DNA from: Candidatus Woesearchaeota archaeon
Lineage (GTDB): Archaea; Nanobdellota; Nanobdellia; Pacearchaeales; GW2011-AR1
Direction of reading: 5' to 3'
Assembly (NCBI GenBank): GCA_964383885.1
Contig: CAYLHY010000002.1
Coordinates: 1-38,242 of the forward strand
DNA length: 38,242 nucleotides
The notes below the pieces were generated by a model. The model saw only the letters and a program-made list of their open reading frames with translations. It ran no database searches and had not been told where the DNA came from. Both the position numbers and the translations under genes were made by a program. How positions within the stretch are numbered: position 1 is the first letter of the stretch; the number at the start of each line of letters is the position of its first letter. This document shows, piece after piece, positions 22,764-30,803 of this stretch.

Positions 22764-24107
22764 TTAAGTTAATGGTTTTATTTTAGGTCCTTCCTCTGTA
22801 TCATCAACTCTGTATCCTAATTTTTTAATCTCTTCTCTTAAAGAATCTGCTTTTTCCCAATTTTTTTCTTTTCTTGCAGACTCTCTTTCAGCTACTAGTT
22901 CTTTAACTTTTTCAGGTATTTTAATTTCTTCTTTTTTAAAAAGATCTAATCCTAAAACTAAATCTATTTTTTTCAGAGTGTTGATTTTTCCAACAGCTTT
23001 TTTATCTCTGACAAAATTCCAAACAACTTGTAAAGCTTTAGGAGTGTTCAAATCATCATCCATTGCTTTTTCAAATTTTTTTAAATACTCTTGATTGGTT
23101 TTTTTATCGTCTTTTAAACTCTGAATAATATTTTTTAATCTTTGAAGGGATGTTTGAGAAGTTTTAAGAGCTTTCCAAGTGAAGTTTATTTTTTCTCTGT
23201 AATTTTTAGTTAAAAATAAATATCTTAAATCAAGAGGAGAAAACCCTTTTTCAGTGATGTCTTTTAATTTGTAAAAATTCCCTAAACTTTTAGACATTTT
23301 TTTTCCATCAACTAAAACCCATTCATTATGCATCCAGTATTTCACAAAAGGTTTTTCAAAAGCAGCTTCACTCTGAGCTATTTCATTTTCATGATGAGGA
23401 AATATCAAATCAATCCCTCCTGTATGAATATCAAAACTCTTTCCAAGATATTTTGTAGACATAGCTGAACATTCAATGTGCCATCCTGGTCTGCCTTTGC
23501 CTAGTTCTGTATTCCAAAAAACATTGCCGTCTTCTTTTGTGTAAAACTTCCACAATGCAAAATCATTGACTGATTTTTTGTCATATTCATCTTTTAAAAC
23601 TCTTTCACTTGCCCCTGCTTTTAATTCTTTAAGTTTAATCTTGGATAACTTCCCGTAATCCTTGAATTTATTAATTGAGAAATAAATGCCGTCTTTAGTT
23701 TTATATGCTATTCCTTTATCAAGAAGTTTTTTAATTATAGCAACCATCTCCTTAATATGTTCTGTTGCTCTTGGCATAACTTCTGGTTTTTTTATATTCA
23801 AAGCTGAAATATCTTTTAAAAAAGCTTTTTCGTATTTTTCTGTAAATTTCCTTAATGTTTCCCCTTGTTCTTGACTGCCTTTTATTGTTTTATCATCCAC
23901 GTCTGTTAAATTCATAACCTCTTTGACCTTAAACCCCTTAAATTCTAAATATCTTCTTAAAATATCTGCAAAAATATATGCTCTTAAATTTCCTATATGA
24001 ACATAATTGTATATTGTAGGTCCGCATACATACATGCCAACCTTTTTATCTTTTAATGGCTTGAAAATTTCTTTTTTTCTTGTTAAGGTGTTATAAACTT
24101 TTAACAT
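22764..24107 (-). CDS. cysS: Cysteinyl-tRNA synthetase
   Basis: MYVCGPTIYNYVHIGNLR (HIGH-type motif), PGWHIECS and KMSKSLGN are present in a 447-aa protein. Confidence 0.9.
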   Translation of the reverse strand: MLKVYNTLTRKKEIFKPLKDKKVGMYVCGPTIYNYVHIGNLRAYIFADILRRYLEFKGFKVKEVMNLTDVDDKTIKGSQEQGETLRKFTEKYEKAFLKDISALNIKKPEVMPRATEHIKEMVAIIKKLLDKGIAYKTKDGIYFSINKFKDYGKLSKIKLKELKAGASERVLKDEYDKKSVNDFALWKFYTKEDGNVFWNTELGKGRPGWHIECSAMSTKYLGKSFDIHTGGIDLIFPHHENEIAQSEAAFEKPFVKYWMHNEWVLVDGKKMSKSLGNFYKLKDITEKGFSPLDLRYLFLTKNYREKINFTWKALKTSQTSLQRLKNIIQSLKDDKKTNQEYLKKFEKAMDDDLNTPKALQVVWNFVRDKKAVGKINTLKKIDLVLGLDLFKKEEIKIPEKVKELVAERESARKEKNWEKADSLREEIKKLGYRVDDTEEGPKIKPLT

Positions 24108-24155
24108 ACTTTTCTTAAGAAAAACAGATTTAAAAAATTAGTTAATTTTCAAAAT

Positions 24156-24722
24156 TTAATCAGATTCAATGTTAAGAATAACATCTACACTTGAACCATA
24201 AAGTTCACTTCCTTTCTTCATAATTACACTGTATTTAATAGAGCAAGGAGGGGCTGTTTCAGGAATATTAAAGGTAACTAATGTAGGACTTTCCATTATA
24301 TCTCCTGCACTGATTTGAACACTTCCTGTTTTTCCCAACCCTAAAAAACTATCAGCTTGCTCGACACTTAAACTTGAAGGGCAGTCTGTTTCAATAGCTT
24401 TAATTGTATAAGTGAAAGTATCTGCTTGAGTTTCTGTATTTCTTATTGATAATGCAAAACCCTTTCCTCTATCTCCTTTTTTTAAAGTAATTGTTCTGGA
24501 AGGAGGGTAAATGATAATTTTTTTATTTGTATCTTCTGAAAATAATTTGCTTATCTCACTTTTAACTGATTCGTCAATAGAATCTAAACTAGTGCTTGCG
24601 CTGAAAAATATTTTTTGAACAAGAACTCCTCCGAAAATCAGAGCAGCAATTAATAATACCATTGTAACCATTGTACCCATAGTTAATTCCATAGCTGCTT
24701 TTTTGTTTTTCAAATTTCGCAT
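24156..24722 (-). CDS. Type IV pilin-like (class III signal peptide) secreted protein
   Basis: The N-terminus MRNLKNKKAAMELTMGTMVTMVLLIAALIFGGVLV resembles archaeal pilin leaders (basic residues, small residue, AMEL..., hydrophobic helix). The remainder looks beta-rich and has 2 Cys. Confidence 0.5.
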   Translation of the reverse strand: MRNLKNKKAAMELTMGTMVTMVLLIAALIFGGVLVQKIFFSASTSLDSIDESVKSEISKLFSEDTNKKIIIYPPSRTITLKKGDRGKGFALSIRNTETQADTFTYTIKAIETDCPSSLSVEQADSFLGLGKTGSVQISAGDIMESPTLVTFNIPETAPPCSIKYSVIMKKGSELYGSSVDVILNIESD

Positions 24723-24745
24723 TTTATAGTTGGGGTTTAATGGAT

Positions 24746-24997
24746 TTAATAAGTTGGGAAGCTTGTTCCTTTTGACATGTAATACACTGTTAAACCAATA
24801 GTTATAGCTAAAACAATTACTCCAACAACAATTCCAAGAACATTGAGTGTTTTAGCAATTTTTGATTTTTCTTTTTTATTCTGCACTAATCCAACAATTC
24901 CAATTATTATTGCAGGCAAAGGCTGAAAAAAAGCTAGAGCCAAGCTTACAATTCCTAAGATATAAGCAACCCCTTTTTCTTGATTTTCTTTAGCCAT
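24746..24997 (-). CDS. Small two-TM membrane protein (DUF4190-like)
   Basis: 83 aa with two hydrophobic helices (AYILGIVSLALAFFQPLPAIIIGIVGLV and LNVLGIVVGVIVLAITIGLTVYY). TTTATAAA lies 22-29 nt upstream. Confidence 0.6.
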   Translation of the reverse strand: MAKENQEKGVAYILGIVSLALAFFQPLPAIIIGIVGLVQNKKEKSKIAKTLNVLGIVVGVIVLAITIGLTVYYMSKGTSFPTY

Positions 24998-25018
24998 ATT
25001 CTTTCAATGAAATTTATT

Positions 25019-25026
25019 TTTATAAA
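25019..25026 (-). promoter_or_regulatory. TATA box (TTTATAAA) for the 24997 gene
   Basis: It lies 22-29 nt upstream of the ATG at 24997, the same spacing as at 38122-38129. Confidence 0.45.
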
Positions 25027-25034
25027 TGTTTTGA

Positions 25035-25120
25035 ATGAAAACCTCCAGCGGGTTTTCACAATCTAGCAACCCTCTTCGAGATGAAAACCTCTAACAGGTT
25101 CACAATCCAGCATCTTAAAA
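25035..25120. repeat. Two tandem imperfect ~40-46 nt repeats with hairpin potential, directly 3' of tRNA-Phe
   Basis: Unit 1 (25035-25080) is ATGAAAACCTCCAGCGGGTTTTCACAATCTAGCAACCCTCTTCGAG. Unit 2 (25081-25120) is ATGAAAACCTCTAACAGGTTCACAATCCAGCATCTTAAAA. Unit 1 contains an 8-bp stem, TGAAAACC/GGTTTTCA. Confidence 0.6.
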
Positions 25121-25192
25121 TGGGGCACCTGGGAGTCGAACCCAGCACACCATGATCTTCAGTCATGTGCTCTCCCGCTGAGCTAGTGCCCC
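25121..25192 (-). tRNA. tRNA-Phe (anticodon GAA), no encoded CCA
   Basis: The reverse complement folds as a canonical cloverleaf. The acceptor stem is GGGGCAC/GUGCCCC. The D arm is GCUC-AGCGGGA-GAGC. The anticodon arm is CAUGA-CUGAAGA-UCAUG. The variable loop is GUGUG and the T arm is CUGGG-UUCGACU-CCCAG. The discriminator A is followed by TTTT. Confidence 0.92.
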
Positions 25193-25342
25193 TTACAATT
25201 TATTTAGATTAATTTCTTTTTTAAATGTTTCAATCGTTTTGTTTTGAAAAGTCAATTGGCGTTTAATTGATTTTCCACAGATAATCCGAAAAACTTATAA
25301 ATCTCATTTTCTCTAGAAATTAAGATTCTAATAAACTATTAG

Positions 25343-26020
25343 ATGATTCTTGACAACAAAATGGATAGTGAATTAAAAAATTCAATTCTTAAGACAGGCA
25401 CAACTGTCCTTGGAATTGTTTGCAAGGATGGAATAGTAATGGCTGCAGACAGGCAGGTCACAGCTGGAAATATTGTTATGAGTAAAAATACTCCAAAAGT
25501 TGTGCAAATCAATGATTATTTAGTAGCGTCATGGACAGGAGGAGCAGCAGATGCTCAAAGACTTGGAAAACTCATTGCAGCAGAATTAAAACTTAAAGAA
25601 TTAAAATCCCGAAGCAGGCCGACTGTTAAACAAGCAGCTAATTTAACTGGTTCAATTACTTATTCTTCTATAAGGCAGTTATCTCCAATTCCAAGCATTG
25701 TAGGAACTTTAGTTGCAGGATATAATGAAGATGGTTCAGTTGAATTATATACAATTGAACCTGCAGGAGGTGTTTATCCTGTTAAAGACTATGATGCTAA
25801 TTTTGGTTCAGGAATGCCTTATGTCTTAGGTTTACTTGAGAGAGAATATAAACCAGATATGACTGTAAAACAAGGAGTAGAATTAGCAAAAGAAGCATTA
25901 AAGTCCTCTACTCAAAGAGATACTGGAAGTGGCTACGGAATAGACATCTATACAATAACAAAAGATGGAATTAAAAAAGTAGTAGGTCAAAAAATAAAAC
26001 CTAGTTTTACAGAGGATTAA
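25343..26020 (+). CDS. psmB: Proteasome subunit beta (with propeptide)
   Basis: LKTG-TTVLGIVCKDGIVMAADRQVTAG contains the Gly-Thr processing site and the catalytic Thr. The protein is 225 aa. Confidence 0.88.
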   Translation: MILDNKMDSELKNSILKTGTTVLGIVCKDGIVMAADRQVTAGNIVMSKNTPKVVQINDYLVASWTGGAADAQRLGKLIAAELKLKELKSRSRPTVKQAANLTGSITYSSIRQLSPIPSIVGTLVAGYNEDGSVELYTIEPAGGVYPVKDYDANFGSGMPYVLGLLEREYKPDMTVKQGVELAKEALKSSTQRDTGSGYGIDIYTITKDGIKKVVGQKIKPSFTED

Positions 26021-26060
26021 ATAAGACATTATTTTTACAAGTTAATTAATACTCTTTAAA

Positions 26061-27947
26061 ATGGATATTTTAAAAACAATTAAAGATAAATTAAAAGGAG
26101 AAAGTATTACTGATACTAGTTTTGAAGGCGCAAACATAGTTGTTTACACAGATAATGAAAAATTTCTAAAAGAAGGAGAATCAAAAATAAAAGAGATTGT
26201 TAATGAATTAAAAAAAAGAATTGAGTTAAGAGCTGATCAAAAGATTCTTCCTGAACAGGAAAAAGTTGAAAAACAAATTAAAAAACTCGTGCCAGAAGAA
26301 GCTGAAATTACTAATATTATTTTTGATTATCATAGAAGTATTGTTATTATTGAAGCTAAAAAACCAGGACTAGTTATAGGAAAGCAAGGTTCAATTATAG
26401 AAGAAATAAAAAAAAGCACATTATGGACTCCTCAAGTTCAGAGAAGCGCTTCTATAAAAAGCAAAATAACTGACAATATAAGAGAGGTTCTTTATGCAAA
26501 CAATACTTATAGAAGAAGGTTTTTGAATAAAATAGGACAAAAAATCTACAAAGAATGGTCGCCTGAAAAAGTAGATGAATGGGTTAGAATAACTGTTCTT
26601 GGGGGAGGAAGGCAGGTTGGAAGAAGCTGTTTTTTATTGCAGACTCCTAACTCAAAAATTCTTTTAGATTGCGGAATTGATATAGCTTCTCACGGCAAAG
26701 ATAAATTTCCTTATTTTAATGTTCCTGAATTTGATATAACACAATTGGATGCAGTTGTAATAACTCATGCTCATTTAGACCATGTTGGATTGCTGCCTTA
26801 TTTATACAAAATGGGTTATAAAGGCCCAGTATATATGACTGCTCCTACAAGAGATATAGCAGCTTTGCTTTCTTTGGATTTCATTGGTGTTGCATATAAA
26901 CAAGCTGCTAAACCTTTGTTTAGTTCTACTGATGTTAAGGAAATGGTAAAGCATAGCATCTGCTTGAATTATAATGAAGTTACTGATATAACTTCTGATA
27001 TAAGAATAACTTTTTACAATTCAGGACATTGTCTAGGAGGTTCAATTGTTCATATAAACATTGGAAATGGTTTGCATAATCTCGTTTATACAGGAGATCA
27101 TAAATACGGAAAATCCAGACTTTTAGATCCTGCTGTTATAAATTATCCGAGAATTGAAACAATAATTACAGAAGCAACTTATGGTTCTAAAAATGATATT
27201 CTTCCTCCGAGATCCAAATCAGAAGAAGAGCTTTTAGAAATAGTTAATAAAACAATCAAAAGAAAAGGAAAAGTATTGATTCCTGAATTAGGCCTTGGAC
27301 GAGCGCAAGAAACAATGCTTATTTTAGAGGATGCAATGAAAAAAGGACTTCTTCCTAAAGTTCCGATTTATATTGATGGAATGATTTGGGATATTAATGC
27401 AATACACACTGCTTACCCTGATTTTTTAAGCACTAAAGTCAGAAGCCAGATTTTTCAGGATAATAATCCTTTTGTTTCAGAAATATTCTCAAGAGTAGCT
27501 TCTCCTCAAGAAAGAAAAAAAGTTGTTGAATCAGGGCCATGCATTGTTCTTGCAACTTCTGGAATGTTAGTAGGAGGAGCATCAGTAGAGTATTTCAGAG
27601 AATTTGCATCTAATCCTAATAATTCAATAATTTTTGTGTGTTATCAGGGAGTTGGAAGTTTAGGAAGGCAAGTTCAAGAAGGATTAAAAGAAACAAAAAT
27701 GATTGTTGATGGAAAAGAAGAAATCGTAAAAATAAATTTAGAAGTTCATACTATAAACGGCCTTACTGCGCATTCAGGAAGAAATGAAATTATTGCTATG
27801 TTCAATAATATGAGACCTAAACCAAAAAGAGCAATTATAAATCATGGAGAAGTTTCTAAATGTTTAGATATAGCATCAGCAATATACAAGTTAAATAGAA
27901 TAGAAACAAATGTTCCAAGAAATTTAGAGACTCTTCGTTTAAGATAA
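26061..27947 (+). CDS. aCPSF1 (FttA-type) beta-CASP metallo-beta-lactamase RNase with N-terminal KH domains
   Basis: A KH GxxG motif is present (GLVIGKQGSIIEEIKK). The MBL motif is VITHAHLDHVG. The beta-CASP region follows, and the C-terminus is INHGE. The 628-aa length fits the family. Confidence 0.88.
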   Translation: MDILKTIKDKLKGESITDTSFEGANIVVYTDNEKFLKEGESKIKEIVNELKKRIELRADQKILPEQEKVEKQIKKLVPEEAEITNIIFDYHRSIVIIEAKKPGLVIGKQGSIIEEIKKSTLWTPQVQRSASIKSKITDNIREVLYANNTYRRRFLNKIGQKIYKEWSPEKVDEWVRITVLGGGRQVGRSCFLLQTPNSKILLDCGIDIASHGKDKFPYFNVPEFDITQLDAVVITHAHLDHVGLLPYLYKMGYKGPVYMTAPTRDIAALLSLDFIGVAYKQAAKPLFSSTDVKEMVKHSICLNYNEVTDITSDIRITFYNSGHCLGGSIVHINIGNGLHNLVYTGDHKYGKSRLLDPAVINYPRIETIITEATYGSKNDILPPRSKSEEELLEIVNKTIKRKGKVLIPELGLGRAQETMLILEDAMKKGLLPKVPIYIDGMIWDINAIHTAYPDFLSTKVRSQIFQDNNPFVSEIFSRVASPQERKKVVESGPCIVLATSGMLVGGASVEYFREFASNPNNSIIFVCYQGVGSLGRQVQEGLKETKMIVDGKEEIVKINLEVHTINGLTAHSGRNEIIAMFNNMRPKPKRAIINHGEVSKCLDIASAIYKLNRIETNVPRNLETLRLR

Positions 27948-28005
27948 TTTTTTAAAATCATAATAGTAAAGCAAATTTTAAATACCTCTATTTCTTATTC
28001 TAATT

Positions 28006-28464
28006 ATGCAATTAACTATTAACATTGAAAAGAGGCATGTGTTTATAATTTTTGCAAGTATTTTATTATTAGCGATAGTTTTAGGTGTTAGTGCTTATAC
28101 AAATCCTTCAACAGGAGTAGGGCATGATTTAAGTGAGTTAGGATGCGGAGGATCTCCATGTGATAGTGATTCAAATAATGTAATTGATAATGCAGACCAT
28201 GCAACTAATGCAGATAATGTTCCTTGGAGTGGATTAACAGGAGACCCTGTTAAGGGAATGTTGATGGGGTATTGTTATGTAACTGAAGATAAAAAATCCT
28301 GTTCTTCAAAAGAGCCAGCTTATTGTTATAGACCAAACAAATATGCAGATTATGAATGCAAATGCCGTGATGGTTATGACGCAGTTGAAATAGGCACAGA
28401 AGTAACTGAAACTCAATATTGGCCCAATGTTCATGGGTATTATTATTCCTGTATAAAAACATAA
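28006..28464 (+). CDS. Small secreted Cys-rich protein
   Basis: The signal or anchor segment is VFIIFASILLLAIVLGVSA. The mature part has 9 Cys (GCGGSPCDSD..., CYVTEDKKSCSSKEPAYCYRPNKYADYECKC...SC). No family recognised. Confidence 0.55.
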   Translation: MQLTINIEKRHVFIIFASILLLAIVLGVSAYTNPSTGVGHDLSELGCGGSPCDSDSNNVIDNADHATNADNVPWSGLTGDPVKGMLMGYCYVTEDKKSCSSKEPAYCYRPNKYADYECKCRDGYDAVEIGTEVTETQYWPNVHGYYYSCIKT

Positions 28465-28534
28465 AATACTCTGAAGTTAAATCATCTTTAATCCTTCTAA
28501 AAACTTTAAAAACACTTTTTTCCTGTAATATTTT

Positions 28535-29494
28535 ATGAAACACAATCTAAAAATAACTTCACTATTGCTTGTAATGTTTCTTATCACACAATTAATAGGC
28601 TTGGCAGTCATATATGCAGACCCATTGAAAATAGAAAAAGTTGTAGACGGACATGTTGAAAAAATTACAAATCCTTATTTAAAATGGATGGATGTTCCAT
28701 CTCCTGAAACTGACAGAGAATTTACAAGCATACTTTTTCAAATGCTTATTTCCTTTATTATTGCAGTTAGTTTATTGCTTTTTTTAATGAAATTTAAAAT
28801 AGAATTGCTATTAAAAGCATGGTTTTTTGTAGTCATAGTGATTGCATTATTTTTATCTATTATAGCTTTTGAAAAATTAGTTCCATTTATGATTCCTTTT
28901 CATACAGCAATGATTGCAGCTTTTATTTTAGCTCTTTTTTTAGCTTACATGAAAATGTTTCAGAGAAATATTTTAATTCATAATTTAACAGAATTTTTAA
29001 TTTATCCAGGACTTGCAGTAATTTTTGTTCCAATTTTAAATCTTTTTACTCTAATTTTTCTTTTAATTCTTATTTCTGTTTATGACATGTGGGCAGTCTG
29101 GCGTTCAGGAATTATGCAGAAAATGGCAAAATATCAAATAAAAAAATTAAGAGTTTTTTCAGGATTTTTTGTGCCTTATGCTCCTAACGCAAAAATAAAA
29201 AAGCAAATTCAAGAAGCAAAAAAAGCTCAGAAAAAAGGTAAAAAAATCAAGTATAAAAAAATTAAAATCAACGTAGCTATTCTCGGAGGAGGAGATGTTA
29301 TATTTCCTATAATTGCATCAGGAGTTGTTTTAAAAACAGCTGGAATTTTAAGTGCAATTTTTGTTATATTAGGAGCTACATTAGGACTAGGATATTTATT
29401 CTTCTCAGCAGAGAAAAAGAAATTCTATCCTGCAATGCCATTTATCACAGCTGGAATTTTAAGTGCAATTTTTTTATCTTGGATAATTTTATAA
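28535..29494 (+). CDS. Presenilin/signal-peptide-peptidase-like intramembrane aspartyl protease (A22 family)
   Basis: Polytopic membrane protein with the YD motif (SVYDMWAVW, nt 29081-29086), the GxGD motif (ILGGGDVIFP, Asp codon at 29294-29296) and a PAL-like motif (YPAMPF, nt 29429-29437). Confidence 0.8.
   Translation: MKHNLKITSLLLVMFLITQLIGLAVIYADPLKIEKVVDGHVEKITNPYLKWMDVPSPETDREFTSILFQMLISFIIAVSLLLFLMKFKIELLLKAWFFVVIVIALFLSIIAFEKLVPFMIPFHTAMIAAFILALFLAYMKMFQRNILIHNLTEFLIYPGLAVIFVPILNLFTLIFLLILISVYDMWAVWRSGIMQKMAKYQIKKLRVFSGFFVPYAPNAKIKKQIQEAKKAQKKGKKIKYKKIKINVAILGGGDVIFPIIASGVVLKTAGILSAIFVILGATLGLGYLFFSAEKKKFYPAMPFITAGILSAIFLSWIIL
29336..29362 (+). repeat. Exact 27-nt direct repeat, copy 1, in frame within the presenilin-like gene
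   Basis: ACAGCTGGAATTTTAAGTGCAATTTTT encodes TAGILSAIF and is identical to 29447-29473. Confidence 0.9.
29447..29473 (+). repeat. Exact 27-nt direct repeat, copy 2
   Basis: The sequence is identical to copy 1. It starts 111 nt (37 codons) after the start of copy 1 and is in the same frame. Confidence 0.9.
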
Positions 29495-29496
29495 AA

Positions 29497-29850
29497 TTAA
29501 AATTCTCCTCTTGAATCCCTGTCAAAGTCTTCATAAGGAAATTTAGAAGTGTCAAAAACATCTCCTACTTTTAATGAATCATAAACCTTTTTACTTACAT
29601 AAACTTTTCTTGTCCTTATTTTTCCTTTTTCTTTTTTGCTGAATATTATTATGTAGTCTTCATCATCAACTGATTTTTTAGAAACAATTCTTTGAGATAT
29701 TTTAACTGGAGAAAACTCAATTGGAAAATACTCAATTCTTGGTTCATATCTTTTTTCTGTAATTATTCCTGAATTTATAGGAGCTGAACAGCTGTTAAGA
29801 AGCAAAACTGCAGATAATCCCGCACCAAATATTTTTCTGATTTTTTTCAT
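29497..29850 (-). CDS. Small putative lipoprotein
   Basis: The signal peptide carries a lipobox-like sequence, AVLLLNSC-SAP. The protein is 117 aa and matches no family I recognise. Confidence 0.5.
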   Translation of the reverse strand: MKKIRKIFGAGLSAVLLLNSCSAPINSGIITEKRYEPRIEYFPIEFSPVKISQRIVSKKSVDDEDYIIIFSKKEKGKIRTRKVYVSKKVYDSLKVGDVFDTSKFPYEDFDRDSRGEF

Positions 29851-30015
29851 TTTGTTTTTATTATTTTAAGATATTTATAAACTTTATCTTTTTCTGTATT
29901 TTGTTCTCACTCTAAAAAAGTAACAAAATAGTAAGATTTATAAAAGCATTAATCCTATTATTTAGACCAAATTTAGGCATTTTTATGTCAAATTAAAATA
30001 AAAAACAAAATCCAA

Positions 30016-30789
30016 ATGATAGTAAAACAAGAATTAGTAAACAAAATAAGAGATTATTTTGGTTTAAATATTTATGAAACCAAAGTTTGGCTAGCTTTGC
30101 TAAGCAAGGGTGTTGCTTCAGCAGGAGAAATATCAACTATTTCTGGTGTTCCAAGATCAAGAACTTATGATGTGCTTGAAAGTTTAGAAAAGAAAGGATT
30201 TGCAATAGAAAAACTAGGAAAACCTGTAAAATATCTCGGAGTTAAGCCAAATATTATTATTGAAAAATTAAAGAACAATGTTAAGAAAAACGCTGAAAAT
30301 AAAATTCAAGAACTTTTAAAAATAAAAACTACAGAAGAATTCAATGAACTTGAAAAACTTTACAGAGTTGGAATCAGTCCTGTTAAAAGAGAAGATTTAT
30401 CTATTTCCCTTAAAGGAAAATCAAATATTTCAAATTATTTAAGAGAAATTCTTCAGAATGCAGAAAAAGAAGTTATTATCTGCACTAATGCTAAAGAATT
30501 GGCTTCTAAATTCAAATTGTTTCATCAAACTTTTTCCAGATTAAAGAAAAATAATGTAAAAATTGAAGTAGCTTTATTCGGAGAAGACAATCTAATTAAG
30601 CAATTATCAGAAAAACTTAATTTAAAAATAAAAAAAATTAATATAGATTCTAAATTTTTCATTATTGACAGAAAAGAAATTTTATTTTATTTGTTTAGAG
30701 ATCCTAATCAAGAAGATATAGCTATCTGGTTAAATTCTGATTTTTTCTCAGAAGCTTTTGCAAGTCTTTTTGAAAGAGCTGTTAAATAA
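30016..30789 (+). CDS. TrmB family transcriptional regulator
   Basis: GLNIYETKVWLALLSKGVASAGEISTISGVPRSRTYDVLESLEKKGFA is the typical TrmB N-terminal wHTH. The protein is 257 aa. Confidence 0.8.
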   Translation: MIVKQELVNKIRDYFGLNIYETKVWLALLSKGVASAGEISTISGVPRSRTYDVLESLEKKGFAIEKLGKPVKYLGVKPNIIIEKLKNNVKKNAENKIQELLKIKTTEEFNELEKLYRVGISPVKREDLSISLKGKSNISNYLREILQNAEKEVIICTNAKELASKFKLFHQTFSRLKKNNVKIEVALFGEDNLIKQLSEKLNLKIKKINIDSKFFIIDRKEILFYLFRDPNQEDIAIWLNSDFFSEAFASLFERAVK

Positions 30790-30803
30790 TCTTATTTAAG
30801 CTG

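Noticed and set aside
18623-23874. Plus-strand ORFs 18623-18823, 19027-19242, 19229-19435, 19791-20117, 21498-21767, 22039-22269 and 23686-23874.
   Set aside because: They lie antisense to YhbY, Nudix-NFACT-R, the ABC transporter, RuBisCO and CysS, all of which have unambiguous motifs on the minus strand.
24110-24123. 14-bp palindrome TTTTCTTAAGAAAA, 3 nt upstream of the cysS ATG.
   Set aside because: It is short and purely A/T-plus-one-C/G, a composition where such palindromes arise by chance. It would have no hairpin loop, and there is no supporting context.
25035-25120. Possible mini CRISPR array or C/D-box or H/ACA sRNA beside tRNA-Phe.
   Set aside because: There are only two directly abutting units with no spacer, so this is not CRISPR architecture. 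No RUGAUGA/CUGA box pairs are present, and no ACA box is positioned after a pocketed hairpin. I kept it as an unexplained repeat rather than assigning an RNA class.
24998-25342. Integrated mobile element or prophage at the tRNA-Phe locus.
   Set aside because: No integrase, no repeat of the tRNA 3' end, and housekeeping genes (proteasome, cysS) flank the locus closely. Only the short tandem repeat is unusual.
28250-28543. 97-aa minus-strand ORF overlapping the small Cys-rich protein gene and the start of the presenilin gene.
   Set aside because: It is antisense to a signal-peptide-bearing ORF that sits in the expected plus-strand run of genes. It has no promoter or SD context, and its product is an odd His/Asn/Leu-rich sequence.
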